A DNA stretch of 64,000 nucleotides. Source: the human T2T-CHM13v2.0 reference genome, Homo sapiens. Made by a program: the position numbers and the translations under genes. Location: the NCBI RefSeq assembly GCF_009914755.1, contig NC_060938.1; one strand, given 5' to 3'. The first letter of the stretch is position 1; each line of letters starts with the position of its first letter. Shown here in pieces: positions 58,624-64,000 of the stretch. Below the pieces are notes generated by a model. It had not been told where the DNA came from and searched no databases. It worked only from the letters and a program-made list of their open reading frames with translations.

Positions 58624-58769
58624 CAAATTGAGTACCCCTTATTCAAAATTCTTGGGGCCCAGAAGTATTTTGGATTTCAGATTTTTTTCAAATTTTGGAG
58701 TATGTGGATTTTACTTAGCAGTTATCCCAGATACGAAATGTTCCAGTGAACAAGTTTCAGATCAACCTG
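58624..58769. mobile_element. Tigger4/MER46-type MITE, internally deleted
   Basis: ta-caaattgagtaccccttattcaaaat...cagaagtattttggatttcagattt...tcaacctg-ta. Confidence 0.75.
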
Positions 58770-58808
58770 TATGCATATTTATTTTTTCTTTCTAGTTACT
58801 TATGGCCT

Positions 58809-58947
58809 CTTTTTTTTTTTTCCTCCTCCAAAGAAACAGGGTCTCACTATGTTGCCCAGGCTGGACTTAAACTCCTGGGCTCAAGTGATCCTCTCACCTT
58901 AGTTTCCTGAGTAGCTGGGACTACAGGTACGCACCACCTCACCTGCC
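58809..58947 (-). mobile_element. FLAM_C
   Basis: Monomer; flanks tatggcctctttt/tgtggcctctttt. Confidence 0.85.
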
Positions 58948-59120
58948 TCTTGTGGCCTCTTTTAAATAGCTGTATAAACAAAAAAAAAAGATAGATATTA
59001 GTAAAGTTCCTCAATATACTAATAAGCCTAACAGCATTTTTTTATTATAACAGAAAAGGCTTATTGCTTGGTTGTCTTTTCCCTGATCTGTGTAGTTTGT
59101 AAGCCTGAAAAGAAAAGTGG

Positions 59121-59420
59121 GGCCAGGCGCCGTGGCTCATGCCTGTAATTTCAGCACTTTGGGAGGCTGAGGCAGGTGGATCACCTGAGGGTCAGGAGTT
59201 CGAGACCAGCCTGGCCAACATGGTGAAACCCCATGTCTACTAAAAATACAAAAAATTAGCCGGGCGTGGTGACGGTCGCCTGTAATCCCAGCTACTCGGG
59301 AGGCTGAGGCAGGAGAATTGCTTTGAACCCGGGAGGTGGAGGTTGCAATGAGGTGAGATTGTGCCACTGTATTCCAGCTGGGGCAACAAAAGTAAAACTC
59401 AGTCTCAAAAAAAAAAAGAA
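59121..59420 (+). mobile_element. AluSq/Sp
   Basis: Dimer; TSD aaaagaaaagtgg. Confidence 0.92.
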
Positions 59421-59534
59421 AAAGAAAAGTGGCCCAAGACTTAAAGTTATCTTTTGATCTAAAAGTAACCATTTAGCTTGCTTCTATAATAAAGTTTTAT
59501 TATATAATTTAAAATGTTAATTTTTGTCTTGTAG

Positions 59535-59666
59535 ATCATAATATCAATCTAGTGTCAATGGAAGTAACAGTAAATGCTGTAGCTGGAGCCCTTAAAGCTT
59601 TCTTTGCAGATCTGCCAGATCCTTTAATTCCATATTCTCTTCATCCAGAACTATTGGAAGCAGCAA
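59535..59666 (+). CDS. ARHGAP5: ARHGAP5 coding exon (132 nt), [44 protein letters not shown]
   Basis: Acceptor tttttgtcttgtag|, donor CAA|gtaagt; VAG.LK.FF..LP.PL RhoGAP motif; phase 1-1. Confidence 0.97.
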
Positions 59667-60016
59667 GTAAGTATAAACCTCCTTTTTATGAGAGGGATGA
59701 TAATGGCAGTTTTTGGATATTGATTGCTAAGTGTTAAAATCATCATGTACTAGAATATGTAGCTAATAAAAATTAACTTAACTAGAACTCTATTTCTTAA
59801 AGGCATTTTCCTCTAAATTAAAATCAGAATCCCTGGAGATGGCCTCCAGGAATATTCTGTTTTAGCTAGCCCCCTAGGTGACTTAAATGCTCCTAGAAAT
59901 TAGAAGATCATTGTACTAGAAGTTTGAGGTTTGTGTTTTTAATTCAAACTTAAGGGCATTGTAAGAAAATTAAATAAATTCTTCAAATTGTAAGTCAAAG
60001 AAATTTACTTTGGCTT

Positions 60017-60412
60017 TGTCTTACCTGTTTTATGTTGCTGTAACAGAATACTACAGACTGCATAATTTATAAAGTAATTTATTTCTTACAGTTCTAGAGG
60101 CTGGTAAGTTCAGGGTCAAGGAGGCCTCATCAGGTGAGGGCCTTTTTGCAAAGTCATTCCATGACCGAAGGTGGAAGGGCAAGAGAGCACACTCAGAGAG
60201 TAAGAGACAAGAAGGGGGCTGAACTTACTCTTTTATCAGGAACTCATTCCCAAAATAGCTAACTCACTTCAGAGATAACAGCGTTAATCTGTTCATGAGG
60301 ACAAAACCCTCATGATATAGTCACCTCTTAAAGATTCCACCTCTCAACACTGTTGCCTTGGGGATTAAGTTTCCCACACAAGAACTTTGGGGGAAACATT
60401 CAAACCATAGCA
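60017..60412 (-). mobile_element. MSTD-like MaLR solo LTR
   Basis: tgtctta...gttgctgtaacagaatac...ttccacctctcaacactgttgc...cattcaaaccatagca (TG...CA). Confidence 0.88.
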
Positions 60413-61109
60413 GACCATGTGTTGTAAGTCATTTTGGGAAAGAACATGATATTTATTTAGTATTTATTCCTACTTTGGCATCTTTCATTCAGATGTTTCC
60501 ACTAAACAGATATTCATTTATCTGGAAAATGAGAACTAAAGTCTGTTTGGGCATCAGTTTCATCCACATGATTTCTCAGTGACAAAAAATTAGCACAGTT
60601 GCTAAATACTTCTCTCTACTATTTCCTTTTGGTTGCAAGTCTTCAGGTTATTTTAGATGAGACTACTTCGTATTGTTCTAAGTTCTCAGTGATTCTTTTT
60701 TTTAATTCTGTATATTGTCACAAGGTATAGTTGCCTTATATATACGTACTCTCAGGTAAAGTGGGAAAATGGCTTAATTGATAGCTTAGATGTTCTTATC
60801 TATTGACCATTAATAGGAACCTCAGAACATTCCTACTTAGGAAATTTTTGAGGACTGATTTAGAAGTAATGTGTAACAAATGAAATGTTGTTAGTAATTG
60901 GTTATGCTACCATAATGATGTGGTGTGCACACTGGTCTCCAAAATAAGGAAGAGGTGGAAAGCACCCTCTATCTCATTTATTTCAGGGCCACATTTTAGT
61001 TACTCTGTTTCATAATTGCATAGATTTGGAGAGTAAGTTAAATACTTAAACTGCCTGTAAAGGAAAATCTTTGATAAGCAAAATGGATTACAAGTAATTG
61101 TAGTATAGG

Positions 61110-61360
61110 CGAATCTATAGCCCGAGGGCCATATTTAGGCTATCGCCAGTTTTTGGCAGACTTTTAAGCTGAGAGTCGTTTTTACACCAAGAGAAAAGAA
61201 AATTTCATGACACATTAAAATTACATGAAATTCAAATTTCAGAAGTTTTATTGGAGTATAGCCACTCCCGTTTGTTACATGTTGTCTGTTACTGCTTTTG
61301 TGCTACAACACAGGGTTGAGTAAGTGTGCCCACAAAGCCTAAAATAGTTACTCTGTAGCA
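61110..61360 (-). mobile_element. MER58B-like
   Basis: aaattacatgaaattcaaatttcag; ttttattggagtatagccac; gcccacaaagcctaaaata. Confidence 0.75.
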
Positions 61361-61594
61361 TAAATGTTAAGAGCCTAACATATTTATAAGTAATTAGTTA
61401 ATTATAAATCAGTATCTAGTTACGTAAATTGCTAACGTACCATTTCCCATTTTGTCAATGCTGGGTCACTTTGGTCTTCAGTGATTAGCTTTCCTTATAA
61501 AAAGGCTATAGTAATAAATGATGACATTAATAGAAATAGATAATGTTAGTTGAAGTGATTTCTTAATTTACATAATTTAGCAGGTTCTTTTGAA

Positions 61595-61906
61595 CAGGGC
61601 TCTCCAACCCCTAGGCCACACAGCCTGGCTTGTTAGGAACCAGGCTGCACAGCAGAAGGTGAGGAGTTGGATAAGGGAAACCGGGCTCCACCTTCTGTCA
61701 GATTAGGTGCGGCATTAGATTCTCCTAGGAGTGGGAACCCTATTGTGAACCACGCATGCAGGGGATCTAGGTTGTGCACGTCTTATGAGAATCTAATGAT
61801 AAATGTAATGCACTTGAATCATCCTGAAACCATCCCCCCACCCATCTGTGGAAAAACTGTCTTCCACAAAACTGGTCCCTGGTGCCAAAAAGGCTGGGGA
61901 CTGTTG
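61595..61906 (+). mobile_element. MER1B
   Basis: gcggcattagattctc...cttatgagaatctaatg...aaactggtccctggtgccaaaaagg; 8-bp TSD cttttgaa/ctttagaa. Confidence 0.9.
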
Positions 61907-62055
61907 CTTTAGAACATTTTCTTTGATTTTGTTTACCTATCCTAATATGCTTTAAACACATTCTTGACTGTTATAGTAAATATAGCAGGAAGCTTTATCA
62001 AATATTTTTAAATGTGTAAGTTTTACACAGATTCTTCACTGTTTTAATTTTACAG

Positions 62056-62161
62056 AAATCCCGGATAAAACAGAACGTCTTCATGCCTTGAAAGAAATTG
62101 TTAAGAAATTTCATCCTGTAAACTATGATGTATTCAGATACGTGATAACACATCTAAACAG
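62056..62161 (+). CDS. ARHGAP5: ARHGAP5 coding exon (106 nt), KIPDKTERLHALKEIVKKFHPVNYDVFRYVITHLNR; the CDS continues beyond the window
   Basis: Acceptor ttttaattttacag|, donor CAG|gtattt; in frame; N...F.Y...HL RhoGAP motif. Confidence 0.95.
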
Positions 62162-62449
62162 GTATTTTTATTTTTTTAGGGTTTTTTGGCAAATAAAATG
62201 CACTACACATTTCAAACATGTAAATTTTATAAATTGGATAATTATCAGATAGAAAAGGGGACTCAGACTAAACATATAGTTGAATTTTGTTTTTCTAATT
62301 TATATCTAAAAAGATATATGATTAGTTTTGTAATGTAATTATTATATAAATAGTAAGTGTGGTAAGTATATTTTCCTTTTTACCACATTCTCTGTAAAAT
62401 CTTAGAATTTTAGATATGAAATGACACTCAGATAACTAACCAGATTGAC

Positions 62450-62615
62450 CTATTTGGAGTTGGAACAGGGTTTGGTTTGAAAAATTACTAGTTCTGTGAC
62501 CTTGGGTAAATGACTTATTCTTCCTAAGTCTTGATTGTCTCAACTATAAACATGAAAATAACAACACTTCACAAAGTTGTTCTGAGGACTGAATGGAACT
62601 ATTTTAGTATATGTA
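62450..62615 (+). mobile_element. MIR
   Basis: ttactagttctgtgaccttgggtaaatgactta...gttgttctgaggactgaatg. Confidence 0.75.
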
Positions 62616-62852
62616 CTAATTTTTTGAAAAGTCTCCTCATAATATTTTCTACTGGCATTTTAATGAACTGTATGGTTTTTTTTGTTTTTTTTTTTTTTTA
62701 AACTAATAGTATCAACACCCAAACCAAGTACATTTCAGCTGGTACCTCCTAAAAGAGGATTCACCAATGTTTAAAGCTTACTTTTTACTAGCAATGTGGT
62801 ATAAAATTGTATTAACATTTCTTATAACCTTTCCCTGAGAAAATACCATGGA

Positions 62853-63038
62853 AACATGGTGAAACCCCATCTCCACTAAAAATACAAAAATTAACTGGGC
62901 GTGGTGTGAGCATCTGTAATCCTAGCTACTCAGGAGGCTTGGGGCGGGAGAATTGCTTGAGCCCGGGAGGCGGAGGTTGCAATGAGCTGAGATCATGCCA
63001 TTGCACTTCAGTCTGGCCAACAGAGCAAGACTCTGTCT

Positions 63039-63080
<42 letters not shown>
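62853..63080 (+). mobile_element. 5'-truncated AluS with a 41-nt pure A tail
   Basis: Starts at aacatggtgaaacccc; A run 63040-63080. Confidence 0.9.
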
Positions 63081-63082
<2 letters not shown>

Positions 63083-63101
63083 TTGTTTTATGGAATGCTA
63101 G

Positions 63102-63402
<301 letters not shown>

Positions 63403-63435
63403 TGCAACCAGGTTTTCTGAAAGTTAAAAATTCTC

Positions 63436-63597
63436 AGCCAGATGCGGTGGCTCAACACTTTGGGGAGCTGGAGGCCAGGAGTTTGAGACCAGTCTGAGCA
63501 ACATAGTGAGACTTGATTCTCAAAAAAAAAAAGGAAGAAAGGAGAGAGAAAGAAAGAGAGAGGAAAAAAAAAGAGAGGAACAGAGGAAGGAAGGGAA
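63436..63597 (+). mobile_element. Deleted FLAM-like monomer with a purine-rich (GA) tail
   Basis: gaggccaggagtttgagaccagtctgagcaacatagtgagac. Confidence 0.75.
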
Positions 63598-63614
63598 AAT
63601 TAGCCTGATATTAG

Positions 63615-64000
<386 letters not shown>

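Overview
Primate (human-type) genomic DNA covering most of the ARHGAP5 (p190-B RhoGAP) gene on the + strand. It includes the giant 3885-nt first coding exon (125-4009, ATG at 293) and four small RhoGAP exons (26763-26910, 55892-55969, 59535-59666, 62056-62161). The promoter/first exon and the last exon lie outside the window. The introns are filled with Alu, L1, L2, MIR, MaLR LTR and DNA-transposon relics, and nearly all short ORFs in the track are repeat-derived noise. The most unusual structure is in intron 3. Reading target-site duplications (TSDs) shows three antisense retrotransposon insertions within about 13.5 kb, each carrying DNA from another locus. (1) An old SVA with a GC-rich exon-like 5' transduction and a 3' transduction (36403-38306). 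(2) An L1PA4-like element with a 3' transduction and an exact twin-priming inversion (40864-43777). (3) A roughly 100-bp L1PA2-like stub with a transduction and three poly(A) tracts (49512-49870). Other notable points are a dense uORF cluster, predicted GAP-less products from back-spliced exon 2 or exons 2-3, a NAGNAG acceptor, serial Alu insertions at one target site and a 45-bp TSD-flanked micro-insertion. Repeat subfamily names are from visual recognition, not from a database search.
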